Origin: Plasmodiophora brassicae
Lineage: Eukaryota
DNA: 64,000 bases
Reading direction: 5' to 3'
NCBI GenBank assembly: GCA_036867785.1
Contig: CP145424.1
Coordinates: forward strand, 558,001-622,000
Below, one piece after another: positions 11,530 to 23,706 of the stretch (positions within the stretch are counted from its first letter, which is position 1; the number at the start of each line of letters is the position of its first letter). The position numbers and the translations under genes were made by a program. Below the pieces are notes generated by a model. The model was not told where the DNA came from. It saw only the letters and a program-made list of their open reading frames with translations, and searched no databases.

Positions 11530-13739
11530 ATGGCGCAGGGGACGGCGTTCCACAAGGTCAGTTCGTACCTGACGCCGAAGCAGCGGGACCTGTTCCAGTC
11601 GACGGGCGATGCCGCGGAACGGGAGCGCCTCATCGAGACGGGCAGGTTCAAGCGGTACTCGTCGGCGTGTCTGGCGATCGGGCAGATCTTCGAAGACTCG
11701 TCGAACGCGATGGTGATCGTGGACAAGGTCGGCGACATCGTCCTGGTCAACGATAACGCGGAGACCATGTTCCAGTACCAGCGGGTGGAGCTGATCGGCA
11801 ACAACGTCAGCATGCTGATCCCCGGTCGTTACGCCGAGTCGCACCACCACCGAGTCGCTGAGTTCATGATGAACCCGTGCTGCCGGCCGATGGGCGTCGG
11901 GCGCGACCTGTACGGCGTCAGGAAAGACGGCAGCGAAATCCCATTGGAGATCAGCCTAAGCCCGATGAAGTTCCTGGACGAGGTCTTCACCGCCGCCATC
12001 ATTGCCGACATCACCGAGCGCAAACGTGCCGAGCGAATGTTCCGGATCGCTGTCGAGGCGTCCCCGACGGCCATGATCCTGGTGGACGCCACGATGCAGA
12101 TCGTCCTGGTCAATTCCAAGTCGGAGGCCCTGTTCCAGTTCACGCGGGCGGAGATGGTCGGCCGTCACCTGGACATGATCATCCCTGAGCGGTACCGAGC
12201 GTACCATGCCTCCCACACTCGTTTCTTCATGCGGGAGCCGACGACCAGGGCCATGGGCAAGGGGGAACGCACCCTGTACGGCCTGAAGAAGGACGGCACC
12301 GAGTTCGCCATCGCCATCGGCCTGAACGTGATCAACGGCAACGAGAAGGAGGAGGGCATGATGGTCCTGGCGTCGATCACGGACATGACCGAGAAGATCG
12401 AGATGGAGAACGTGATCAAGTCCAGCCAGGTCGCACTGGAAGCATCGCACCTGAAGTCGATCTTCCTTGCCAACATGACCCACGAGATACGGACGCCAAT
12501 GAGCGACATCAGTACGTACTCCCCGCTGCTGACGTCGTCATCCCACAACTGATGAATGGTGCAGTCTCGACCATGGATCTGCTGGCGTCCACCGAGCTGT
12601 CCGAGGAGCAGCGCCTGTACGTCGACATGTTGAAGGACTCGTCGAGGACGCTGATGGGCATCCTGAACAACGTCATCGACTTCTCCAAGATCGAGGCCGG
12701 CAACACCGAGACCGAGTTCGTCGAGTTCGACCTGTGCGATCTGGTCGACAAGGCGCAGGCGTTGTTCTCGGGGCGGGCCGCCGGCCGCAACATCGCGTTC
12801 CATGTTTCGCGCCCCGACACGCCCATCGTCGTGGTCTCCGACGAGGTCAAAGTGCGTCAGGTGCTGCTCAACATTCTCGATAACGCCATCAAGTTCACCG
12901 GCGAGGGCTCCATCACGCTCCAGCTGGACATTGTCGAGCCCGTCCACGATACCAGACCCTGGCTGCCGCTGTCCAGCAGCCCGCCCACCGGTTCCGAGCT
13001 GAACACCGTCACCGTCCGCTTCACCGTCGCCGACACCGGCATCGGCATGTCGCAGGACGCCATGAGCGACCTGTTCAACGACTTCTACCAGGCCGACCAG
13101 AGCACGACCAGGCGGTACGGTGGCACCGGCCTGGGCCTGGCGATCTGCAAGAAGCTGATCCAGATACTGGGCGGGACTATATCGGTCGAGTCGGAGGAAG
13201 GCAAAGGATCGACGTTCATGATCACGCTGGCGTTCGCGTGCACGAACACGCCCAGTGCTGTACGTGACAGCGTAGCCGATCGGGAATGTGGATCCAAGAA
13301 CAGTAGCGGCGTGCAGGCCCGACAACCGGAGGAGACCTGGCAGCGTGCCGCGGCACGTTTGCACATCCTGGTCGTCGAGGACAACGATGTCAACCGGTCC
13401 ATCCTGCAACGCGTCCTGCAGAAGCTCGGGCACGACGTCGAGATCGCGACTGATGGGATCCAGGCCGTTGCGATGTTGGAGGAACCCGTTCGATATGACA
13501 TCGTCTTCATGGACTGCCAGATGCCGGTCATGGACGGGTATGAAGCGACCAAGATCATTCGTGCAATGCCGCAGCGGCGGACGCTGCCGATCATCGCGCT
13601 GACGGCCAGCGCCATCAAAGGCGACCGGGAGCGCTGCTTGGAGGTCGGCATGAACGAGTACCTGACGAAGCCGATCCGCATGGAAAAGCTCAAGGAGATG
13701 ATCAACAACTTTGTCGGCGTGAGACCGGAACAGGTGTAA
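11530..13739 (+). CDS. Hybrid sensor histidine kinase copy 2; intron 12512-12564
   Basis: Same architecture; H-box FLANMTHEIRTPM, receiver FMDCQMP; intron at the same position. Confidence 0.95.
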
Positions 13740-14348
13740 CCTCTGCAGGCCCGGCGGTGTTGATTAGAACACCACCGAATAACAGATCTTTCACAGTCGA
13801 TGGAAACCCGTCTGAACGCGGTCCGCGTATGTTCAACCGAGTCCTACCGCAGCGTACATAGCGGGGACCCTCGATGCAGAACACAGGCGCGAAACACATG
13901 AGCCAGCCTTGCCATCCATAGCAGGGTCGCTCGAACATACCTTGGGGGAGCCCATCGTTGCGGATACGCAGCGGGATGGGCCGGCGCATGGCAGTCTGTT
14001 CGACGCTGGGAAGGTCCCGATCCATTCGACCTCGTCTTCGTTGCCATGGACGGGGCACGAGGCGACCAATTAGTTCGTCGGTGCGATACGAATGCCACAG
14101 TGGGAATACTCTGCCGGTTGCGCTTGTTGCCTTGACAGCCATAGCGCGACATCCGGGGACGCGGGCATCACCGATGACCGGGCGAAGCCGACCCGCATCA
14201 AAAGAGCCTCCACCGGTGATGAGATCACGGCATGGTCCGATGCCATAAATAGCAGGCAGCTCGGACACCCGATGTATAGGAAAGGGTCCCAAATAGTGTC
14301 CGGGTGCGGGTGGCTATCACTGCCCGAATCGTCTCTGTGGATGACCTA

Positions 14349-16536
14349 ATGTCGCGTTCGATGGCATTCCCCAAGATCAGCTTGTACTTGACGCCGAAGC
14401 AGCGGGCTCGGTTCCAGTCGCCCGCAAACGCTGCGGAACGAGAACGCCTCATCCAGACGGGCAAGCTCAAGCGGTACCTGTCGGTGTGTTTGGCGATCGG
14501 GCAGGTGTTCGATGCGTCTTCGAACGCTATGGTGATCGTCGACACGACCGGCGAGATCGTTCTAGTCAACAGCAAAGCCGAGGAACTGTTCCAGTACGAA
14601 CGTGACGAGCTGATCGGCTCTAACGTCGGCATGCTCGTACCCAAACGCTGTGCCGAGTGTCACGCCCAGGGGGTGGCTGAGTTCATGAAGAAGCCTCGAT
14701 ATTTGCCAATTGGAGCCGGACACAACCTGTACGGCGTCAGAAAAGACGGCCGCGAGGTCCCGCTGGACATCAGCCTCAGCCCGATGAAGGTCCAGGATGA
14801 CGTCTTCGTCGCCGCCATTATAGTCGACATCACCGAATGCAAGCGCGCTGAGCGAATGTTTAAGACCGCTGTCGAGGCGTCTCCGACGGCCATGATGTTG
14901 GTAGACGCCGCCATGCGAATCGTGCTCGTGAACTCGAAGACGGAAGCACTGTTCCAGTTCACGCGAACTGAATTGGTCGGCAAAAACTTCAGCGTCGTCA
15001 TATCTGGACGGTCCCTGGCACAGACGACACTCGTTATGCAACAGGCGATGGCAACCACGGCGAGCAAGGGACCGGAACGCACCGTGTACGGCTTGAGGAA
15101 GGACGGGACGGAGCTTGCGATTGTGATCGGTTTAAATATGGTCGACGCCGACAAAGACGACGATAGGCTTCTCTTGGTGTCCATCATCGATATGTCCGAT
15201 AGAATCAAGATGGAGAACCTGATCAAGTCCAGCCAGGTCGCGCTGGAGGCGTCGCGCCTGAAATCCATCTTCCTGGCCAACATGAGCCACGAGATTCGAA
15301 CGCCAATGAGCGGCATCAGTACGTTCAGTGTTTCGTATCATCGTCATGATTGCATCTGTTAACCTGGCGCTAGTTTCGACCGTGGATCTGCTGTCGTCCA
15401 CCGACCTATCTGAAGAACAGCGCCTGTACGTGGGCATGATGCAGGACTCGTCGCAAATGCTTCTGGGTATCGTGAACAACATCCTCGACTTTTCCAAGAT
15501 CGAGGCCGGCAAGGCCGAAGTCGAATTCGTCGAGTTCGACCTGTGCGAGCTGGCCCGGAGAATGCACGCTCTGTTCTCTCGCCGCGCCGCCGATCGTGGC
15601 ATCGCGTTCCACGCTTCGTGCCCAACGAGTCCCATTATCGTCAAATCTGACGAGGTCAAGGTCCGTCAGGTCCTGGTCAACATTCTTGACAACGCGGTCA
15701 AGTTCACTGGCGATGAGGGTTCCATTGCTCTTCTGCTGGACGTCGTGGATCCTGTTGAGGCTGTGAACGCCTTGCTGCCGCCGCCGAGCAGCAGAACGGT
15801 CGATCCTCCACTCGTTGTCACTGTCCGCTTGACCGTCGCCGACACCGGGATCGGTATGTCCCAGGACGCCATGAATGAGCTCTTTTCCGACTTCCATCAA
15901 GCCGACCTGAGCACAACGAGGCGGTACGGTGGCAGCGGGCTCGGCCTGGCGATCTGCCAGAAACTGGTCCACATGCTGGGCGGGTCGATTTCGGTCCAGT
16001 CCGAGGAGGGCAAAGGAACGACCTTCGTGATCACGTTGGCGTTCATGTGCGCGAAGCCCGGAAGACCTTCGGCCGTCTCACAGTGTGAACCCTTGAGTGG
16101 TGGTGTCGAGCAGGCTCGACAATCGGATGACGTCTGGCAGCCTGCCGGGTCTCCGCTACACATTCTAGTTGTGGAGGACAACGCCGTCAACCGTGCCATC
16201 CTGCAGCGCGTCTTGGAGAAGTTCGGGCACAGCGTGGAGATCGCCAACGAGGGGATGCAGGCTGTCGCCCTGCTGCAGGGTACGGAACGGTTCGACCTGG
16301 TCCTCATGGACTGCCAGATGCCGGTCATGGATGGGTACGAAGCGACCAGAGCCATTCGTGCGATACCGCACCGGAAGACGCTGCCGATTATCGCACTGAC
16401 GGCCAGTGCCATTAAGGGCGACAGGGAGCGCTGTCTGGAGGCCGGCATGAACAACTACCTGACGAAACCGATCCGTATTGAGCTACTCAAACAGATGATC
16501 AGCGACTTTGGTGACCGGAGAGCGGATGCAGGGTAA
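14349..16536 (+). CDS. Hybrid sensor histidine kinase copy 3; intron 15319-15373
   Basis: Same architecture; H-box FLANMSHEIRTPM, GGSGLGL, receiver LMDCQMP; intron at the same position. Confidence 0.95.
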
Positions 16537-17036
16537 CCGGTGACCGCCCTATACACAGTTGGGTTTATGGCTCCGTAGTAGGAGAACACACATTCGGCGT
16601 CAGATGCAATGGCGCAGGTTGCTCTTGGCGATGCTATAAGCCCGGGTGTGCTGCGCGTCAGCTCCCGGGGAGTCGATCAGCAACCTCATGTTACTTGATC
16701 GGTATCGATCTGCGCGCCCGACGGCGCGTACATCGCAGGATAACCGCTGCAAGCAAACCGTCACGCGGCTGGTAGTGACTACGAAGAGGTGATGCTGGCG
16801 CCCTTTTTTATGCCCCGAACTGCAGTGCGCGACCGACTCGTGGCCAGTCGTCGGCAGCGACTGTGTGACGTGGTCCAGTCGCGTTGGCGTGTGGTGGATG
16901 GTGGGGGCGGTACAGTACTGCACGCCATTGTCATTTTGGGTCGACGACGGGTGTCAGACGCGCGCTGACACTGCCTGTTGGGTCGGGGGGAGGTGGGGGC
17001 GCACACATCGCGTCGGGGGGCAGTCAGTCGCGAGGT

Positions 17037-18700
17037 ATGGTGTCGCCCGAGTCGACATCGTCGCGCCGCCTGGCCATGTTCCTGGACGGCACCTGGGACC
17101 TCCTGCCGGACGCCTGCACGAACGGTGCGGTTGCGCCTGTGCCCGAACGATTATCTGGGGCGTGACGCATCCCGTCCTGCGTAGTGAAGCGAATGAAGGC
17201 CCTGGTTGCGCCCGTCGGGTTCAGCGGCGTCGAACAGGTCGTGTACTATGAGGGCGGTGTCGGGTTCATCGAGCGGGTTGTCGGTGGCGTCGTTCCTGTC
17301 GGAGTCGACGTCCAGATCAAAGAGGCGTATTCCTGGCTGATGGAGAGTTACCAGGTCGGCCGATGACGCCCTGGCACCGTTTTCGCCTGCGAACCATGTT
17401 CGTTTGTAGGACGGTGATGAACTGTTCCTGTTCGGGTTCAGTCGTGGAGCGTACTCGGCCAACTGTCTGGCTGGCATGCTGGACGAATGCGGCCTGTTGT
17501 CGGGCACGTCGCCACTGACGGTGGACCAACTGTACCAGCGGTATCGCCAGTCGAATGACCCGAGCAACCCGATTTCGCACGCGACAAAACGGGTCATCGA
17601 CGAAGCGCCACCAGAGCGCTATACGATCAGGGACAACTTTGCCGAGTACAGCCTGCGCAAGTACAGCAAGACGGTCACCATCACCTACATTGGCCTGCTC
17701 GACAACGTGCGGTCGTGCGTCGTACGCTCACGATTGGCAACTGACCGGGTCATACAGGTGGCCCCATCCGGGATCCCTTTGGGCAGCTTTAGGAATGTAA
17801 GCAGCTCGACGCTTGCGTTCAGGCGGGTAGGCATGTGCGCCAATGTGCTGAGTGCACGGCACGCGCTTGCCCTCGACGAGTTCAGGCAGTCGTTCCGTCC
17901 AAGTAGGTGACGATTGTGCATCGCGCTGCCCAAGGTCTGATTCTGAACAGCGCTGTGGATCGTCGCGAAGGGTGAATGCGAACGCATTCATGATCCAGAC
18001 CTGCCCCGCTCCCCATCCGCTCACTGTTTCGCGGATCGGATTGAGCAACGGTGGTTCAGTGGATCGCACAGCAACGTCGGTGGTGGATATCCCAACGACG
18101 CGCTCCAGCAGGTGCTGGCCAGCGCGTTATTGCAGTCGTATTGCATGTTGATCGTCTGTGGCCGGGTTCAGATATCAATGGTGTGGATCATGGAAGGTGC
18201 TGAGCGTGCGGGACTTGCATTCCGTCAGGCGGAACCCATCGTGGTTGATGAATGCATCGTCTCACCGTGAGCCGACCTGGCTTTGCCCCGCTTGGTGAGC
18301 CATGCTGACAGCAGTTAGGGTTGTCGATTCCCGGTCATCGGCTCTGTTTGGCATCTACCAGGTTCGACGCGGGATGTACGTACGGCGTGTTGTTGCTGAC
18401 GTCCGCTTCGACAGTATGTCCCGGTTATCGGTGCCCCGAACTTCAGGGCGATAGGCGAAGCCGGAACGCCCGATGTCGAGAACGTCAACGAGACAATCGA
18501 CGTTTCGGTATTCAAGCGATGGCAAACCGATCCAACGTACAGGCCCGCGAACCTGGTGAAGTGGGCATCCGACCGGCGCATCGATCTCTCCACGGCGATA
18601 CCCGCGACCCGGCACGCCTGTTCCGGTGTGCCAGAGTGTGGATATGCTGTTGGGGAACAGCGCTCCTGACCCGGCCAACAGGCGTCCCCGTTAACGGCTG
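17037..18700 (+). CDS. DUF2235 alpha/beta hydrolase (Tle1-like phospholipase fold), multi-exon; 3' end approximate
   Basis: RLAMFLDGTW, VYYEGGVG, FLFGFSRGAYSA (GxSxG), HALALDEFR, WFSGSHSNVGGGY. Confidence 0.85.
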
Positions 18701-18916
18701 CCGAACACCAGCGAGCGCCGACCGTAAGTCCACCTTCTGGACCATCAAACCAGAAGCGGGAACCGGGCTGGGATCACGGGTGGGATCGATGTCTGAGCTA
18801 CAGGACCCGCCAGCAAAGGACGTCGACGGCCGTAAGATCGGCAAGCGGGCTCGGCAGCCACAGAGTCCGGCCAGTGCAACGCAATAATGTCCCATGGGAA
18901 CTTCGACGAGCGCTTC

Positions 18917-19531
18917 ATTTCAATTGCTGCCTCCGCTTACGCTTCGAGAGTTTGCACGCGATGCTGGACGTATTCCTATCGGCGTAGTCGGCACCCTTGG
19001 CCTTCGCTTTCCGCTGGCGACGGGCCTGCCGCCGCGAAACGGATGAAATCTCTTTCCCGATCTGGTGCCGATTCCTAATGGGTGCAGTCAGATGCGGGAG
19101 GCGATCGGCGAGCGTAGCAAGCACCATACGAATAGTGCTCGACGATTGCCGAATGAAGCTCCAGGCTGGACTGCGACTGCATGGGGAGGCAGCCGAACGG
19201 ATCGCGGCCGAGCCGGACCTGCACTGGCAGCGTCAGTGACGGCGCGCGGGCGACGAACCGGGGGCCGATTTGCCCTGCCGACCTGGTCCATGGCCTCGCA
19301 GACCTGCTGCTGCTGCCGTTCGACCTTCTCGGCCTGCATCACCCGGATCTCCGCATCGAGGTCGTCCAGCGCCAACGACATGGCTGGCTTGGCGCCGTCG
19401 GGGCCGGTCAGCGGCAAATTGCGCAGCGCGCCCCGCGGAACCGCTCGGAATAACTTCGAAACGAGGCCCCGGCATCTGCCGGCGTGGCGCTTGTCATCCC
19501 GATGCCGGCGATAAACATCTCTAGTCGTCAT
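18917..19531 (-). CDS. Hypothetical protein, spliced, with a short coiled segment
   Basis: ORF MTTRDVYRR...LDDLDAEIRVMQAEKVERQQQQ followed by plausible GT-AG introns; no recognisable domain. Confidence 0.3.
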
Positions 19532-19809
19532 GGCGCCCTTTGCTTGCTTCGGGCCGGCTTCTGAGTTCCCAACCGAACCTCCGTCGGTTTGCCCAGAGTG
19601 TATTAGCGTTTGTTTTCGCTGCGTTGGAGACGCTCTCCGCAACGGGGCCTGTTCCACGCTCGTGGCCGGACAGCGGTTGGAGTCGCGCCGTTTTGCTGCC
19701 GGTCAGGTTTCTGTTGAACTGGGCACAATCCGTCTTGGCCTACCGGCTACCGCCGATGGGAATATTCTTAGCGGCCAATTGTGCGCAGCCCGCGGCCCTC
19801 GTATCGCCA

Positions 19810-20555
19810 ATGGCGACCACGCTCAAGGACGAAGGCAATCGGCTGTTCAGCGATGGCGACATGGCAGGCGCGGTCGGCAAGTACCAGGAGGCGGTCGCCG
19901 CGGGTCCGGATCATTGCGTTTCCGCTGTGGGAGGGTCGGGGAGCTGACAGTATGCGACAGTGGGAGACGCCGAGGGTGACGAAGAGAAGGCGCTGCTCGC
20001 CGTCCTGCATTGCAACATGGGCGCATGCTATCTGTCACTGAATGAGCACGAGAAGGTCATATGGCTTAAATCCGAGTCCAGCATGCGGTCGATCTCATTG
20101 CCTGCTAGGTCGTGTCCCATTGCACCACTGCACTCGAGCTGAATCCATCGTACGAGAAAGCGCTCGTCAGGCGTGCGAAAGCAGCGGAAGCGTTAAAGAA
20201 GTACAACGATGCAGTTGAAGGTCGGGTCCTGTGATGAGCGCTCATCTGGGGAGCTATATAACACATGACTGCAGACACGAAGAAGCTCGTGGAGCTGTCT
20301 CCCGAATCGAAACACTACAGGAACGAGTTGGCGCGTCTGGAGCGGGACAACGCCGCGTACCAGGAGGCGCAGAAAGACGAGATGATGAGTATGTGCCCGC
20401 AGCTGTTCAACAGCCATCGTACGCTGACGACTGCCGCAGGCAAGCTGAAGGAGATGGGCAACTCGTTGCTAGGGAAATTCGGCATGAGTCTAGACAACTT
20501 CCAGGCGACCAAGGATCCGAATACAGGATCGTACAGCATCAACTTCAAACAATGA
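19810..20555 (+). CDS. TTC1: Tetratricopeptide repeat protein 1-like
   Basis: LKDEGNRLF, LHCNMGACYL, LNPSYEKALVRRA and the C-terminal signature KLKEMGNSLLGKFGMSLDNF...GSYSINF. Confidence 0.85.
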
Positions 20556-20655
20556 ACACTCGGCGAGAACCCCCCAAGTTTGTGAATATACCTGGAAACC
20601 CTATATTGTGATTGCTTGCTCTTACGAATGTAGTTATCGATTCAGCGGGGAGCTG

Positions 20656-21711
20656 TCACTTCTTCTGAGAGCCTTGGTGTCTGAGAAGGATGTCGACCAT
20701 TCGGATGAAGATGTTCAGGATGTTCCAGTAGAGGCCAAACGACTCGTTGATGTAGTCGGGGTGCTGGCCGGTGCGAGCAACAATGCGCCCACGTTCCATC
20801 ATGACTTGCGTGTCGTATAGGACGAGCCCGCCTAGCAAATTCTGTAAGCGATGCACGCATGATCGATTCCGAGAGCCGCACCGAAAACGACAAGCCCGCC
20901 ATAGAGCGAAAGCGACTGCGCAATGTTGAACGCTGCCCCACCGACAGGAAGGAACATGCCAGAGATACTAGACAGCGCGACAACGGTGAGCCCAGCGAAC
21001 AATGGACCACCCTGGGTCGTTAACGCGTCAGCAGCATGTCGAAGCCATGAAACAAACGAGGGCACTTACCAGGTACAGGAAGGCGCCCTGTTCAGCATTC
21101 ATTGACACCAGGGACAGGGATCCGACGATGCCGGCAGTATACAGCGCAGCACGATACAAAATCGGGCCGGGGACAAGGGCGAATGGCGACATCGTAACGG
21201 CACCGACGGCAGCCATGGTCGCGACCCATGCGGCATGTTTCATCACGGGCGACTCTGTCGATGACAAACTCATCGTAATCATCGTCCCGCCCATCACGCT
21301 GGCCAGAGAGAGGCCCATGTATCCCCATGGGTTCATCTGCAGCATACGAAGCGCAGCACCCTGCCGAAACGCGACCACGGCGGACGCGGCTGTGATCCCC
21401 AGTCCACCAAGCACGTAGCCGTACGTCCCACGCATGTACTCGTGCACCGACGACGGAATCGCCCCGAATGAATACCCCTCGCGCTTGTTCAGCAGGTGAT
21501 TCAGGACGAGATACGTGGACACCATGAGGCCGCCGGCGCCGACCAGCGTCATCGCCCCAGAATGCGCCGCATGCTGCGGAACGACCGGAGCGTGCTGCGC
21601 GAACCAGCGCACCGTCGTCGTCTTGCCCTGTTGCCAGAGCGGGCGAGCGCACAGCGCCGGCGCCCGGGTCGCGAACCGCGCCCCCAGACCAACCCACGAC
21701 CGCATCATCAT
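20656..21711 (-). CDS. GHITM: Bax inhibitor-1 family mitochondrial membrane protein, GHITM-like
   Basis: Mitochondrial-type N-terminus, TYGYVLGGL, RAALYTAGIVGSLS, FLYL|GGPL, LVLYDTQ, GLYWNILNIFIRM. Confidence 0.85.
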
Positions 21712-21934
21712 CGCGCCAACTGCCTCTGCCGGCTGCCAACAAAGAATGCCGTTTGACGTGTTTTTGGGTCCCGCACGGACCGGCCAGTGGAACATTCCGG
21801 CTATACGTAGTCACAGTGCTAATGTGGGTTGGCAGTTGGCACTAGTAGTAGCAAAAGGGCCTGGCAGGCAGCCCCGATCGACCCGACTCCAAGCCAGGGC
21901 ATGAACGCGGGAACGGCAAAGGATCGGGCAATGT

Positions 21935-23511
21935 TCAGTAGGCCGCGATTGCAGCATTGATGATGTCGATGCTTTCGGCGACCTGATCCTCGTTGATGAC
22001 GAGGGGAGGGGCGAACCGGATGATGTGGGTGTGGGTCTGCTTGGCCAGCAGGCCGCGATCTTTCATCTGCAGGCACAGGTCCCATGCGGTTTTGTCGCCC
22101 TTCGGTTTGATCACGATAGCGTTCAGCAGTCCTTTGCCGCGGACGGCCTGGATGATGTCAGGGTGTGTCTTTGACAGTTCGTCACGGAAAACGGCGCCGA
22201 GGCGTTCGGCGTTCTCGCAGAGGTTTTCGTCTTGGATTATGTCGAGGGCTTCCATGGCGACGACACAGGCCAGCGGGTTGCCTCCGTATGTGGACCCGTG
22301 CTCACCGGGCCCGATCGTTAGCATGACTTCATCGTCAGCTAGGACTGCAGAAACAGGCATCATACCGCCTGACAGCGCCTTCCCAAGGATGACGAGGTCG
22401 GGTCTAACGTTATCATGATCGACGCAGAGCATGCGGCCCGTCCTTCCAATTCCTGTTTGAACCTGCGAAACACAGGATATAAGACTCCATGACGGCCCCG
22501 TTACCGATCCTTACTTCATCAGCGATAAACAGCACGTTGTTCTTCTTACAAATTCGGGACACTTCTTTTAGGTAGCCAGGGTCAGGAACGATAACGCCGG
22601 CTTCACCTTGAATGGGCTAGACAGTCCCTACTTAGTGGACCGATGGCGACGACGTCGTATGGTTCGTACCTCGACCATGAATGCGGCACAGTCTGGATGT
22701 GAGACTGCTTTCTCGAGCGCCTTGGTATCATTGTAGTCAATTAGGTCAAAGTTGGGCATGAACGGGCCGAAACGAGCCGAGCATGTCGGGTCACTTGACG
22801 CCGACACGGCCGCAAGAGAGCGGCCCCAGAAATTCCCGCGAGCAAACACGACGCGGGCGGCGTTCGGCTTGACCTTCTTGACATCATACGCCCACCGTCT
22901 GGCAAGTTTCACGGCTGCACGAGTTCCATGAGCAAGGCATGCTACGCGCGCATTGAGCACGATGGAACTTACCAGTTTCGCAAGCCTGTGATAAACATTA
23001 GTGCGAAGGAGGTACATCCCAAGAAATTGAATAGTCCAACCTCAACGCCGGTGTTCATTGGCAGGAGCCGATCGTATCCGAAGAGTTTCGACATGTATTC
23101 CTCGTAGCGTCCCAGCTGGTCATTATGAAAGGCGCGCGAAGTCAGCGTCAAAACTTCGGCCTGTTTGGACATGGCCGCAACGAGACGAGGATGGCAGTGT
23201 CCTTGATTGACGGCAGAATACGCGCTAAGCATGTCCAGGTACCTCTTCCCATCGACATCCCACACTTCAACCCCACGACCCTTCGCCAATACCACAGGCA
23301 ACGGTTTGTAGTTCAACGCCCCGTACTTCTTCTCTGACAACCGATCACTTAAGACGGGCGGTCGAGCCGTGGCGCTCGCCTACCTACCAAGCTCGATGCA
23401 TGCCGCAGATGCCCCTGTGGCACCTGAGGTCGACGTCGACGTCGACGACGCCCATCGACGCAGCGTTCGCGACGCGACCGGCAGGCGCGTACGTGGTAAA
23501 CAGAGCACCAT
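21935..23511 (-). CDS. OAT: Ornithine aminotransferase
   Basis: [39 protein letters not shown] (PLP lysine), [18 protein letters not shown]. Confidence 0.95.
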
Positions 23512-23706
23512 GCCAACGAGTTTGGCGACTTTGTATTGGTCGTTTTCATCCAAAATGAAATTTTCTGCGTCAGTTGACAGCCGTGGATCCAAGTATCGCG
23601 ACGGCATTTTTTGGTGATGACTGGTCAGGATCGCTCCGGATCATCACCAAACTCCGTACGTCAGCCTGCGATCAGCGCGCTCAGGTTGCCAGCTGTTCGA
23701 CCAGCG

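Noticed and set aside
9818-15373. Kinases split into separate PAS and kinase genes, or bacterial contamination
   Set aside because: Each break is a 53-55 nt GTACGT...AG intron at the same site, and the flanking genes are eukaryotic
8770-16454. Long minus-strand ORFs antisense to the histidine kinases
   Set aside because: Shadow ORFs caused by GC-rich codon bias of the real plus-strand genes; the same applies to 42269-43585, 48214-49152 and 59997-61361
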